A stretch of 63,859 bases of DNA, filler included, from Octopus bimaculoides (GCF_001194135.2; 5 parts of 4 records of this genome joined end to end with filler, not necessarily neighbours in it); one strand, 5' to 3'; counted from the first letter of the whole stretch, positions 1-13,858 are shown. Made by a program: numbers and translations. The notes: generated by a model from the letters alone, not told the origin.

Positions 1-46
<46 letters not shown>
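1..46. repeat. (AT)n microsatellite; one of dozens of (AT)n/(CA)n/(TACA)n tracts, most adjoining N gaps
   Basis: Direct dinucleotide repeat at the window start. Confidence 0.99.
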
Positions 47-51
<5 letters not shown>

Positions 52-164
52 CAAGTGCGTGCGCGCATGTGAGTGTTAGTTCCTTTCTACGAGGTAAGGA
101 AAAATTGACTGTGTACAACATCTCCATTGGAGCACCACTCATTCAGTAGCTACTATTTCCTTGG

Positions 165-372
165 AAGGCGGTGAGCTGGCAGAAATGTTAGCACGCTGGG
201 CGAAATGCTTAGAGGTATTTCGTCTGTTTTTATGTTCTGGGTTCAAATTCCGGCGAGGTCGACGTTGCCTTTCATCCTCTCAGAGGACGATAAATTAAGT
301 ACCAGTTGTGTACTGGGGCCGATCTAATCGACTGGCCCTTTCCCCCAAATTTCGGGCCTTGTGACTAGAATG
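165..372 (+). mobile_element. tRNA-derived SINE, family A
   Basis: AAGGCGGTGAGCTGGCAGAA head, GGTTCAAATTCC B-box-like motif, and tail GATAAATTAAGTACCAG...CTGGGGCCGATCTAATCGACT. Homologous copies at 41856, 46864, 47461, 62410-63170 and 63428. Confidence 0.9.
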
Positions 373-1835
373 ATTACTACTTCCGAGGTTCTGCTAGGTA
401 GGAAGCATATGTAGCCTGAATTTTACCAGACCACATGCGTTTTACCTATCGTTGGATTTTTATTCCCATACATAGCATCCCCAGTTGCTAACCGTGAACT
501 ATAAAATAACACTTTTCAGCTTCTCAAACTTCGATATTGGAAAAAATACAATCTCATACTTGTCCGACAGTAGAACTGCTAAACTATAATATTAGAGTCC
601 GAGGAAAACGTTGACAATCCGTATTGACAAATATCAATAATAGAAATAGCTCACCAAAACGAATATGGTAGTTTGGCGTGTTAGTAGTATAATTAAGATA
701 TATCTTCCAAAATTAAAACAACAAAAAAAAAATGATTGCTGTTGTCGCTAGTTAGCTGCCAATCAAGTTTAATTGAGCAGTTCTTTGTTCGAAGGCATTC
801 TTATCATGACTGCTTAGTCTTCTCTTATATGCAGGGAACTAGGTTCTGTCTGTGCAAGGCGACGAGATACGCTTAATATGACATTGCTGCTATTTGTAGC
901 ACAGTGAATGACAAATAGAGGCTTCTCATAACATCGAGCGTTGCTTGGTTAGTAAATGAAACGAGCTTCTCAGTTTTATTACAAAGGAAATAATAGCGAC
1001 AGCCTCGAAATGACGTGCAAAATTATTGCGAAATGATATGCATTTCACATCGATAAGTCTATTTGGTTTGACGGGGAATCTCATACAAATAGCTTAGGTG
1101 ATGTGGTGCATGACATTCTTGAACTTCCCGTCTGTTTTATCAGTCTATCCGAAGTGAAGTGGATTGGACCGGAGATTGAAACTGTATCAGACTGAACTTG
1201 CTGGAAGTTTACATTTTTTGATTTACAGCGATTTCCATATTATTTCATAACCATTTTAAATGTAATTATTCCAAATGTTTAAAGACTCCCGCCACCTCAG
1301 ATTAATAGTTTTCTTTAGAATCTTTATCTTTCGTACGGTAATAAACTTTCTTTCGTTTCATTTTTTAATATCTATTTTCTGCAAGTAATTAGTATTTAAT
1401 GGCCTTTAAAATATTTCTAATGTTTAATCTGTCTTTAAATGATTGTTATTTATGGCGGAAAAAACGGCGAATGGTTCTTTGCTTAAATCTCTCTTTCTCT
1501 CTTTCCATCACATTCCCCACCCCATTCCCACACTTTCTATTTATCTATCTATAATTGCTTTTGATTCCTATTTTTATTTCTTTTGAAATGTGAATATTGC
1601 ATGATTCGCTACAATAATATACCATGGAATTTCACTTATCATTAATTTGTGTGCAAAAATAAAAATATAAATAAAAAAAACAACAAAGAAACACGTATGT
1701 GGCATAATAAAGATTTTTGTAACGTAGGCACGAAATTGAAAATTTGTGGGAAGAAACAAAACAACATAAGACTAGATCGATCTCTACTTGACTACTCATA
1801 TTTGTCGACACGAGAATGATAAAAGGCAATCAAAA

Positions 1836-1866
<31 letters not shown>

Positions 1867-1878
1867 NNNNNNNNNNAA

Positions 1879-1922
<44 letters not shown>

Positions 1923-1989
1923 TTGAATCACATATAAAACATAAAGGGAGATAATTTTAATAATGGATTTTTACTACATCCACCTTCAA

Positions 1990-3120
1990 GTTGTTTGCAT
2001 CAGTAGGATGCAAACAATACCTGTCAAAAGAACATATAAATCCAATGTAAGGTTACGAAGTATCTAGTTATAACGTGCAGATTTTAAAAATTTCGGTTTT
2101 GTATCTGGAGTGCTGTGAAACCATTATGACTTCTTAAACCATGTCTCCAGGTGGGCAGTTTGGGTAGCTTGGGAGTTAAGTATACTTGGGAGTTACAGAA
2201 TGTCAACTTTGAATATGAACCCTCACAGCTTGTGATTGCTTGAAAAGTGGCGATTTCTGAATGAGTTGATTCCGACAGTAGCCTATTCTCCGGAAGACTG
2301 CATCAAAATGCAGTTAATGAGCTGTATTCGAGGTCCTCATTCCACTTGGCGAGAATACCAATGTCACTACTTTAAGTATATAATGTGAGAATGCATGTAT
2401 AATAGCAGTGAAAATAAAATTTGAAGCAATAAAACAAATCACTTATATTTTACTTCAATTTTGATAAATAATATCCACTCAAATATTTATATTTACTTAT
2501 TGGTTTGTCCGGTACACTTTAGCCACAAGCATTAGTTGGTTTATATGTAGCGTGGTGTGGATAGTTAAGGAAAGTGCACAACTGCTGAAGTAATTTTAAA
2601 CAGAGTTGAAATATGGAACATATGCAGCTACCCATCGGTTTCTGGCTGCAAAAATAGTATGTATATAGACGTAATGTTAACATTCTTTGTATCACACAGT
2701 GTTGGCTAAAAGCTACTAGAAATGTTCAAAAGCAACGAAACGAAACACTGTTTATACACCAGTGATTTAATATTTCGACTTGCTGTCAAAGAATTGCTTC
2801 ATTAGCAAAAGCCACTCATGTCAATGGGTTTATGAGCAGTGCGTTGGTGAATAGTTAGGAAAAGTGCACAGCTGCTGACGAAACCCGGATTAGAGCTGAA
2901 ATAAATGAACATTACAGCTGTTCTTTCTTTTTCTGCCTGCGAACATATTGTGTATGTAGACGAAATGTTTACACTCGTCGTAACACTCACAGACACAGAG
3001 CGCTTATGGTCGAAGATGATCTTTTCCTAGTCTGGTAGCTTTCCAAGGCCGGTAAATCCAAATTGCCAATACAGCTGCAATAGACATGATTAAAAAGAAC
3101 TAAGGGGTTCCTTACTTTAA
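1990..3120 (-). mobile_element. Decayed Penelope-like element, reverse transcriptase fragments
   Basis: Minus-strand translations with stops and frameshifts: TPKYT*LP..PG (cf. TPxFYxLPKIHK..PG) at about 2190-2145; YIHNMF and YIHTIF (cf. YIDDIF); CTFLN (cf. FLD); TYKPTN and HKPID (cf. YxKPT) in two copies at about 2520-2700 and 2810-2990. Confidence 0.5.
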
Positions 3121-3148
3121 GTGATCACACGTTACGTTGGCGGTAGGA

Positions 3149-3222
3149 CAGCCGGACACTAACAGTGGCAAAGCCGGTCACAAGCTATGGGAAAGCCGGA
3201 CACTAATCGTGGGAAAGGTGGT
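3149..3222 (+). repeat. About 22-bp period minisatellite (AAGCCGGACACTAA core, about 3 units)
   Basis: cagccggacactaacagtggca / aagccggtcacaagctatggga / aagccggacactaatcgtggga. Confidence 0.7.
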
Positions 3223-4881
3223 TTAGTCACCTACGACCCAACCGTGAAAAATACTGGACGGGAAACATTTGAGTAGTAGCTGCCATGGGTGATCAAACAG
3301 ATGAAGTATTGATTTACTGTAATTGAATTCTCCAGAAATGTTTTATTGCGCATTATAATTACAAATTAAGATCTAAAAGAGGTAAATTACGAATACTAGA
3401 TTTTGGCGCATCGCAAGCCATGTTGTCGTCTCCGATAATACAAAGTACAATAACTCATAATTTTTGTGCTTAAAATATAAATATTATGCTTAGATTAAAT
3501 ATTTTATTAAAAAAAAAAACGACCACTCTGAACAACTAGCGGCCCCTATAGCACCGCCTTTACATTTGTTGCTCATAATGAGTTCACAACACCTCGAATC
3601 GGGTGAATAACGGAGTTAACCCTTTGAAACGTATTGATCAAAGGAATTGCTATAACTAGCCGTATAGAGTCATTCAGGATGGTTGAATATTTTCTAAAAT
3701 TAATTTCTTTTCCAAATATATTAATAGCCTTAAGCGTCTCTAAGTACCTATCCTGGGAATCGAACGGAAATAACAGACTTGATAATCTCTAAGCATCTTC
3801 TCCCCCGCGTCCTTTGAGTATTAGGTAAGAGTTCATCGTTTTATGCCATGCTATTTTTAGTGATGCGTATAGTTACTGTTGCCGACGTTAGACAAGGTAA
3901 AATATTTTCTGCGTGTTTCGGATGAAATTGTGTAGATAAATGAATGCCAAGCGCAATAGCAATACATAATAATTTACTTGTAGGAGCTAGAACTAAGGGA
4001 GCGGAACAGACAAAGCAAATATGAAAAGATGTTCAGCTTAGGATAAGATTCACGCGTGCCTATATGCACGCACCCGCGCACACATATACATACATATGTA
4101 TATGTTAATGTTTATCCATAAATATGTGTGCGCGTCTTTGTATCCGTGGATGTGTATATGTGTTTTTGCGAATTTATGTGTGTGTCTTCGTGTATCTGTA
4201 ACTGCGTTTGCGCATAGATGTATGCGTGTATATGTGTGTGTGTGCTTTATTTAAGATGACATTAAGAAATTAGGGTGGCAAGGTCATATGTGTAACATTA
4301 AAAGGTTAAATGCGGTATAAATTCCTAAATAATTGTTGATGTACAGAGATAAATATATTTAGACGCACATACATATATGTAACCATGTATGTACGTCTGC
4401 ATCTATTTACGTAGATGTATATGTGTGTGTGCGTGTGTTTGTGTCGGTGTCTGTGTGTGCGTGTGTGTTTTTGCATAAATGTATGTATATATNNNNNNNN
4501 NNNNNNNNNNNNNNNNNNNNNNNNNNNNNNNNNNNNNNNNNNNNNNNNNNNNNNNNNNNNNNNNNNNNNNNNNNNNNNNNNNNNNNNNNNNNNNNNNNNN
4601 NNNNNNNNNNNNNNNNNNNNNNNNNATATATACATATATGTATGAGTGTTTGTGTTTGAGCGTGTGTGTACGTGTATGTGTGTAAGTATACCTACCACTA
4701 CATTCATGAATATAACTAATGCATATATATATATATATATGCATACACTCATGCACATATACAGACACAACACATACAAGCACAAACACACATACATATA
4801 TGCATATACTCATGCGCACATAGACACAACACACACAAACACAAACACACACATATGTATGTATGTATGTATGGATATATG

Positions 4882-4913
<32 letters not shown>

Positions 4914-5049
4914 TACATATATACATACGTATATAACCTTATATATAGTTATTTATACACACATATACGTATGCACGTACACACACACGCACACAGACAC
5001 ACACACACACACACACGCACATGTACACAGTCCCTTATTTCCTGTGCCT

Positions 5050-6720
5050 TTTAATCCTCCGATCTCCACTTCCCATGCCACCGACGACTACAGACACTCA
5101 TGGCTATTTTCACAAGCATACAACAATGTTCAGAAAAATGTAGCTCGACACTCGACAGATATGAAGAATTCTTCTGAAGTGATTTAGCAGTTTCATAATA
5201 CATTCAGATCTTTATCTTCGCATCCGGATATTTCGAAGAGTGGGAGAAAATACTTCATACAAAAATCTGTTACGCGATCAACCTTTCTGGGAAGAAACTA
5301 AAGAAATAGAATTCGAAGATTATGTAGGAGGCGGAAACAGTAGATTTCAACACAAAAGGACGTTCAATATTTTGTCTCTTCTCATTCTCTATTGTCTCAA
5401 CTCTCAACAGGAAAAAAGTCATGAAATGGAGTCGTTCTCACCGGCATTTTCTTGATTAATGAGGGAGAAGAGAAAATACGTGACTTGTGGAGATTTTATG
5501 ACCACTCAAATGGATGAGATCAATAGAGTTGTTGTTTAGCTCAACCCTCTGCAGCTTTATGACTGTAGAAAAAGGAAAGTGTCAAAGCAATTCCAGCTAA
5601 CTGGAATTTTAATAAAGAATGATTCATAAAAATGTTTAATGCGGGATTTGGTCCTGTATGTGAAGAAGAGAAGCACGTGTGTTAAGTGAGCCTAAATGAA
5701 TAAGGAATGTAGCTCCCCCAAGTTGAATTTCAACAGCTATTGTACTGTCTAATCAATGCTCTTGTTACAATATGAACATCGAAGTGGATACCGATGGCCT
5801 CAGTGTCTGAGATGTGTGAAAACACGACTCTGATGTTATCCATGTATACAGATCCCATTATTCTGTGTTTTAGTGTCTGGAGGAGGCATTTTAGTTTCGA
5901 ACTGCTTCTGTAGTAAGTGCTGACGGCATAAAATGTTTAGAAGAAGGGTCATCGCCATGAGACCAGACGTGAGTTGTTAGACGTCTCCATAGGTAGCCAT
6001 TTACCCTGGCCACCATATAAATGATACTGGAAAATGAGAAGACTTAACCTTTAACAATATGACCGTAATCGGCGGTGCATAGAACAACTGCCAGAAACTG
6101 ATGGATAGCTCTGTCGCACGTTATAGTTTGATCTAAACTGATCAGCATTCTACGGTACTAAAGCCCGATCTAGTGCCACAATGCATGAAATATATCTCAT
6201 CCTGCACATATATTCCTGGAATCACACACGTTTGTGCAGATCCGCCCGTAGAATTTAGAGTAAACACCAGCCTCTCTGTTAACATCTTGGTCAAATGATT
6301 TACTCTGCATTGAAAAGTGTTATGGAATTAAAACCATCAGAGTACATACGGCGGTTGAACTAATAAAACTATCCTTACTACTCATGTCCTAGAATACCAA
6401 ACTAGCATCTATGTCCAGAAATATGAGACCTGGTGTCTGGGTCTATTAATTTCAGGAGCAACAGCGTTATTCTATACTATCCGTGATAATCAGATGTAAT
6501 ACGACTAGACGTCCATAAAGTGTGTGAATTCGTCGTGAACGACTCATTAATGACAAGAATCACTGATGACTGAAAATAGTCTATCATTAGTTCACTAATG
6601 TTATTCAACAAGGAATATTGCTTCCAGACACTCCCAAATACACTCAGTATTTTGAGAGAATCACCTTTCCATGTTTGATAGATGTTTAAGACATCCATGA
6701 TCAAGCAAAGTGAGCCTAAA
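5050..6720 (-). mobile_element. Decayed Penelope-like element (RT domain plus linker)
   Basis: Ordered motifs on the minus strand across frameshifts: KGDSLKIL (DKG..V.IL) in ORF 6477-6704; YISCIVALDRALVP (SFDV..LYTNIP); LIFQYHLYGGQGKWLPMET (F.F...Y.Q..G.AMG); VYMDNIRVVF (YxDD); LKFNLGE (IKFT.E); QQLY*SHP; RPFV linker near 5355. Confidence 0.55.
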
Positions 6721-8299
6721 AGAAAAATGGAAATTGAATTTTAATGTTTAAGAGGTCGGTGTCTTGCTTCAGCATGGAACTGTCAAATATCAGCGACAAG
6801 AAATGTCTTATGCTCGTCGCTTTATCCAGTTTATTTAATTTCGTTTTATGTTTTATGACAGAGACTTACATTTGCCTTCTCTGATGTATAATGTTTCTTT
6901 CTATATTTTGAATGATAATTGGACCAACTATGGAACCTCTTTACAGTCACTGGAATTGCTGGAAGCAGCAGGAAAAATCCTCAACTCATATTCTACTGCT
7001 TTGAAAACTTTAGAACATATTGGAAATTATCGTTATTGGTTTACTTTGATGTAGAAAGGAAGGTGTTTCACTTAACTATTTCATAACTTCAAGATTGGTG
7101 AGATTGTTACTATCAATGTTTAGTATGCACATCCAAAATGGTAGAGATGAAATTCCAGCGGATTAACATTCTGCAAAGAAAGGGTTGACAATGAGTAACC
7201 AGAAAGTAAGAGACGGGTTGTGTCGAATTACTGTTTCTTCGATTAGTCTCAGGATGTGAGTACGTGTATAAGTATTACCCTTCTAGATATCGGTTAACTA
7301 CTCCTTTATAGAAAGCCTGCAACTGATCAAAGATGTCATATGTTAGAGTTCTGATGAAGAAGGCTATTATTTATCAATGACAATGCAACATCCTTTAGAG
7401 GGTATTATCTCTGTGTTTTTACTTATATACAGCTGCACTGTTAAACTTTAGGAATCATGAATGTTGAGTTCAGTTCCAAACGTTCGTATACAGATTTAGC
7501 AAAACTTTATTTTCTTTCTCAATATTCTCTACATTAATAGTATCATGTTGTCTTACAGAGCATTTCTTTTTTGTTTTCTCTGTTATTTATACAATGTCTA
7601 CATTCGTATTGGTGATTAGTCCCTGATCAACTTTAGTTGAACATAGGATAAAATGTAATCCAACCGTTACGACTCCATCTTTTTTCACACACTTTGCCTA
7701 TGGTTACAGTATCCAATGTGTTCTTTCTCTTTATGTGATTATTAAGTTCTTTGAGAGAGGATAGAGGACTTAGCTGTAATTTCTAACTGTCTGAGCAACC
7801 GTTGGCTCGAAAAGATTAAAGTTTGTCTGGGATTTGACGCGAGAGTATCTTGCATGCAAAGACACTTACATATCTAGATTAACAAATCACACTCTAGTAA
7901 TACGATTTCATTATTTTCTTATCTAAAACAATATTTTGTACATTTAAATTTTCAATTTCGTACGTATTATATTCTAAAGAATGAATGTTACTAAGACTCC
8001 CATGGGAATCAACTTCCTCCATTCACACAGTAACAGCATTCTGTAGACAAAATATATGAAAATAAACAGCAATATTTAACTCCCTAACGGAGTTTAGATT
8101 ATGTTAGTAAACCTCAAGTATTATACGGTCCAAATGGGAGGAATTTGTAAACAAGTTTTGCTCGATAAAATGCAAATAACTATAATAATGTGCCATGTAA
8201 TAATTTAAAGAAACACAAAGCAGGAGCCACGCAACTGATTTGAAATATAATCGCTACGCGAAGAAATTATGTAAAGCTTATAATCACATTTTCTACATG

Positions 8300-8800
8300 A
8301 TAAACGGACGGCGCATTATAGTAACATCAGAAATTACATAAGCCCCACAACAATGAAAAACATATGTAACATTTGAAGATAATCCTAAATTACGATAGAC
8401 ACCAGGGGAAAAAACTGCCGACTCTGCTTGATGAAAGGAGGGTGAAAGGGAGGATTGTTTCCTTGACAGACACAGCCGATTGCCAGGTTCGTTCCACACA
8501 TACTGCTGTTGCTGCTTAACATGGATTCCCTGGTCAGTAATACTCCGGCACTTCGCGAGTGCATGGAAGAATGCTTCCGTCGCTCTAGCACATCGCTGAG
8601 AGACCCGCCTGACAATATTTTTGTGAATGTAGGGTTTCTTGCGAACCTATCTCGTCTTTCAGTGACACTTCCAGATCAAATGCTTCTGGAAGTTTTCTAT
8701 AGTAGTGTCCATTCCAAAGTCCTTCGGAATAGACGAGTCAGTTCATGCTCATCGACCTATTAATCGCCTACATTTTCTTATTGCTATATAAATTAATGGT
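8300..8800 (-). mobile_element. Decayed Penelope-like RT fragment (central motifs)
   Basis: IPKDFGMDT (IPHxxGLxA), KYCQAGLSAMC (YxQxxGxAMG) and HPPFIKQSRQFFPLVSIVI (HP.IKFT.E...PFLDI.I) occur in order across frames. Confidence 0.45.
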
Positions 8801-9726
8801 AAAATAACTTTTTACCCGCACCCATTTATTGCAGTTGGTAATGTAATTGCCAAGCAATGACAAAATACTAGTGTAATAATAATTGGGTATTCTTCCAGCA
8901 GTATATTGGATAGATATTATCCCTTAGTGGGTTGGATTCACAACCCCTAACTTTCTTGGATATATATATGTATATATATATATATATAGTGTTTCGTGAT
9001 GGCAGTAATAATGCGACCCTGAAGAGATGGAGTATCCGGCAATTTATAATTTGTAATTTGTAATGTGTTATAATATGTTATATTATGGGACATTTTATGA
9101 TGTGGTTTATTTATCCTGGATACTCTATTGAAATGTGCATAGGTTTGGCTTATTGTTGTTGTTTCTGCTATTATAATTGTTGCTGCAATAAAGTATCTTC
9201 AATGCATCGATTTTGAGCTCTATTTTTTAANNNNNNNNNNNNNNNNNNNNNNNNNNNNNNNNNNNNNNNNNNNNNNNNNNNNNNNNNNNNNNNNNNNNNN
9301 NNNNNNNNNNNNNNNNNNNNNNNNNNNNNNNNNNNNNNNNNNNNNNNNNNNNNNNNNNNNNNNNNNNNNNNNNNNNNNNNNNNNNNNNNNNNNNNNNNNN
9401 NNNNNNNNNNNNNNNNNNNNNNNNNNNNNNNNNNNNNNNNNNNNNNNNNNNNNNNNNNNNNNNNNNNNNNNNNNNNNNNNNNNNNNNNNNNNNNNNNNNN
9501 NNNNNNNNNNNNNNNNNNNNNNNNNNNNNNNNNNNNNNNNNNNNNNNNNNNNNNNNNNNNNNNNNNNNNNNNNNNNNNNNNNNNNNNNNNNNNNNNNNNN
9601 NNNNNNNNNNNNNNNNNNNNNNNNNNNNNNNNNNNNNNNNNNNNNNNNNNNNNNNNNNNNNNNNNNNNNNNNNNNNNNNNNNNNNNNNNNNNNNNNNNNN
9701 NNNNNNNNNNNNNNNNNNNNNNNNNN

Positions 9727-9760
<34 letters not shown>

Positions 9761-9993
9761 AGCAATAATTATAAGGATAGAAAATAATTTATTTTATTTT
9801 CCGTGTCATACAGGATGTTTTTATAATTACGACGACCTACCCGTGTTTCCACAGCAACGAGTACGGGCAGTTGCATGAGCAGCCATGCATAATTTTCTCT
9901 GGATTATCTAACCAGCTTATATTAACACAGACACACACACAGACACAGATACACACACACACACACGCACACACACAAACCCACACACACACA

Positions 9994-10030
<37 letters not shown>

Positions 10031-10403
10031 GTGTGTGTGTGTGTGCGTGTGTACTTACTTCCATACACACTTATTTCTGGACTGCATTGTTGAATAATTC
10101 ACAAAGTAAATAATATAAATGTATGTGTATATATAAATGTATAAATACTTGCATACGTACATACATACGTACATACATACATACATACACACACAGATGT
10201 ATATATATGTACACATACATATCCATGTGTATATATATATGGATATGTATATAAATGTGTACGTGTGTAATACATGCATGCTTGTGTATATATATATATT
10301 TATATATGTATGTGTATGTAAATATACATATATATATATATATTTATATATATATATATANNNNNNNNNNNNNNNNNNNNNNNNNNNNNNNNNNNNNNNN
10401 NNN

Positions 10404-10471
<68 letters not shown>

Positions 10472-12099
10472 AATATATGTGTATGTATATATTTATATAT
10501 ATATGTACGAATGCATGTACGTCTGTATGTATTTATGTATATCTTTAGAGACGTGTCCGTTCGCCTGCGTGAATATACGCGAATAGCTAAGCGTCATGTC
10601 TTTTTGTCAGTTGAAATGAGGTAAGATAGGGAAAAAGACAAAACAAAGAAGTTGAAAGCGAGAAAGGAAGAAAAAAATAAGAGAAGTTTAATCTTCCTTC
10701 ACACCTGGGTAGATCTGAATATACCCTGCTGTGATGTTTAGTAAGGCGTTAGGGCATTAATGAAAAGTTAGCACCTCTTAAGATAAATTCTCACCAGATA
10801 ATAGGTTTTCTTTCTCGTATGCATGAAGTTTCACAGCAACTTGCCGAAAAAACAGTCGTAGTTATTATATGCAATAAATATATTGCTTTTAGTTCTATAG
10901 TTTGTTCCTTTCTTCTTGTGAGTTTGTTGGTTCTACTTTTATCTTATTCTTGTATTGATCATTGGAATTCCCCCTCCCCTTATTTTATGGGCGCCTTTTA
11001 ACGGTGCTGACACACACACGCATACAAGCACAGGGAAACACACACAAACACACATACTTGTGTGTGTTTGTATGTGTTTGACTGTCTCTGTGAACATACA
11101 GATATGTTTCACGCATATATTCATATATATGTATATACATATGTGTTTGTGTATGTGTGTTTGCGCGCTCGTGCGCGTATATATATTGGTATACATATAG
11201 ATCTGTACATATATATGTATGCATATTTATATGTATGTTCAATATACGTTTATATATAATATACATGCATACATATGCAAGCAAAGTGTGTCGCTATATT
11301 ATTTTTTCGAATGAATGCACATCTTTTATCGGAGATTAAGAAATAAAATATTTATGCTTATCCCATTCATAAAGCATACAGCTTGGTATTGTATGATTAT
11401 ACGCATGTGTGTATGCCTGTTCTGTTTTGGGGTATAAGTGTGTGTTTGTGCTAGTAGGTATGGCTATATATATACATCCATATCTACTAGAATACATTCA
11501 TATGCTTCAGAATATATACATATTTTTATACGTATATATATTTGTATGTAATCACCCGTAAGACATTACTCATACGTTCACATAACTACAACTATACCGA
11601 CACTTGTATTAGAATATCATACATACGTATATGGAGATACATATGTGCGCATGTCTTCCTTTCTACTTACGTTTGCGCATTCTTATTGGAAAAGAACCCA
11701 CAATCCTCACTGTAACTATCAATCTATTTTTAATTAAAGCAATGAAAAAGGAAAAACTTTTGTAAGGTATTGTGAAATTTGTTTTCGGCTTGTGTCATGA
11801 AAACACATTTTAGTCTGCATATGTAAACGCTACTGAAAGTATGTGTTCTTACTTTCTTGTCGTCATTGTGAACAGGATCTAATGTTATTTGCTAGCTACT
11901 TATCTATTGGGTTCTGTACTTCAACAAAATTGTTCTACTGGATAGTGAAAAACAATAAACGCGCATTTGTGTTATTGACTGTAATGAAAATATAACGCAA
12001 CACTTGGTATTATGTGACTTTAACTGGAAGAAAATATCTGGATTAAAACTAAAGATGTAATAACCAGACAATTTGGTATTAAAAGCTGAATCAATAAAT

Positions 12100-12720
12100 T
12101 ATTAGCCTTCACTGAGAATGTGGCAAATATATATTGGCTTAGATAGGCCTGTAAAACGGATTGAAAATTTTGAGCACTGGAGTGGATTCTTACGGTGACT
12201 CGTTTAGTAGGAAAAAAATGTCATTCAGATGCAGTCTCACCAGCTTCACAATCACTCTCCCTCAGCTCATTCTATCCCTATTTCTCTTTGAGTTTTTTCT
12301 CTTTCAGTATATCAGCTTCTGCACTTTTTATTCCCCCGTTAGCTGTTTCTTGCATTTTTCATGTGAGATACTCCATCTTTCTACTTTTTATAACATTGTT
12401 AAATTCGTTAACACTTTCATATTTTTCAGCTTCTTGCGTTTTCCTTATACCTTTTCTGCTATGAAAACCGAATTTGGAGACAGCGTCGAAGACTTGTCAG
12501 TTCGTATTTTCTTTCTTGCACAACTGCCTTATTTTAGTATTTAATTCCAAGAAAGAGCAACCCATGACAGAATGTCAGCCTATGTTAGAAAACCCTATGA
12601 TGCGGTTCTGTCAATGATGACCCCGTTATTAGAGAGTATGGCGGTCATTATTCCATGAGTTTCTAGGTGAGTTTTGTTCGAAATATGAAATTTTACTTGT
12701 TCTTTGAGCTCATCGAATGG
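12100..12720 (-). mobile_element. Possible PLE N-terminal region remnant
   Basis: Coding-like minus-strand stretch with HRLTFC and K/E-rich KEKKLKEK. Weak resemblance only. Confidence 0.25.
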
Positions 12721-13562
12721 AGATGCTAAAACAAGTCATCCTTAAAGAGTACCCCATTTGATAACGTATAATTAATTTCAGTGTCCTTCAAACGTGCTAT
12801 GTTTACTCAGTATGCAACTTCTTTGAGTCGTGTGTTTCCTTAGTGGACAAGTAAGGGTATTTTTGAAGTTTAAACATTGTTGATAATGGTAGGGACTGTG
12901 TGTATATGTAGCTTTTGCGGTTGTTATATTTGATGTGAAAAGCAGGGATTTTGTGCGTGTTTGTGAAATGATGTTTTATAGTTAACATATTTTCTGTACA
13001 CGTGGTGACTTCTATGATTCATCGCTGATTAAACCACATTACTTTACCTCTTGTGGTACTACTGAGCTCGAAGCTTTCCAAATTTTTTCATGGCTGTTTG
13101 TTAGAAATTTTGAAGAATGTAAATGGTGTCTCCACATGACTTTCTGTAAAAGTTGTGACTTTCTATATTTTAATCTAGCTTTATGCATACCAAGTTAGTC
13201 AGTACTAACAGTTATGTTTAAGTCAAACTTCTTGAATTCTATTTTAGAGGGTTTAGATAACTAAAGAACATTGATTTTGGATGGAAAGTGGAGCTCGTGT
13301 ACGTTTTTCAAGGAATAAATGAAAATGCGATTCTCTGTTTGATAAAGTTCATACGGACTGGAACAAGTACATATATCTAAGCGTAAAATCGAAGGAAAAG
13401 AGCAATCATAATATGAAGTCAATTTATTTGAATAAGTAACAGAAAGTTATTCCGATTAGATATTTTTGTTGTTTCCTTCTGTCATGAACATTTGTTTCTT
13501 TGTGATTACGTGTGTATTTGCAAGTGAGAAAACAGGCTGTTTGTGCACGAGTGTGCGTGTGT

Positions 13563-13598
<36 letters not shown>

Positions 13599-13765
13599 NN
13601 NNNNNNNNTGTGTGTGTGTGTGTGTATGTGTGTGTGTGTGTGTGTGTGTGTTTCTGTGAGGTAGTGAGCATATGTGTTTGTGTTTGGGAATCTGTATGTA
13701 CTAGAGCATACTTTTATACCAATATATACGTATGTCTGTATGTGAGGATATGGGAGCCAACAAAT

Positions 13766-13858
13766 GCAGCATGGCCGAGTAGTTAATAGTCTTGCTTCGC
13801 AATCAGTAGCTTTCGGATTTCAACTCCCGATGGTCTGACACCTTGGGCAAGCGTCTTT
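13766..13858 (+). mobile_element. SINE family B, 5' tRNA-like head only
   Basis: GCATGGCCGAGTAG A-box-like, degenerate B box, then ACACCTTGGGCAAG as in the family B copies. Confidence 0.65.

Noticed and set aside
3149-3222. CRISPR-like spacing of short repeats
   Set aside because: Eukaryotic context, only about three contiguous units, no unique spacers and no cas genes.
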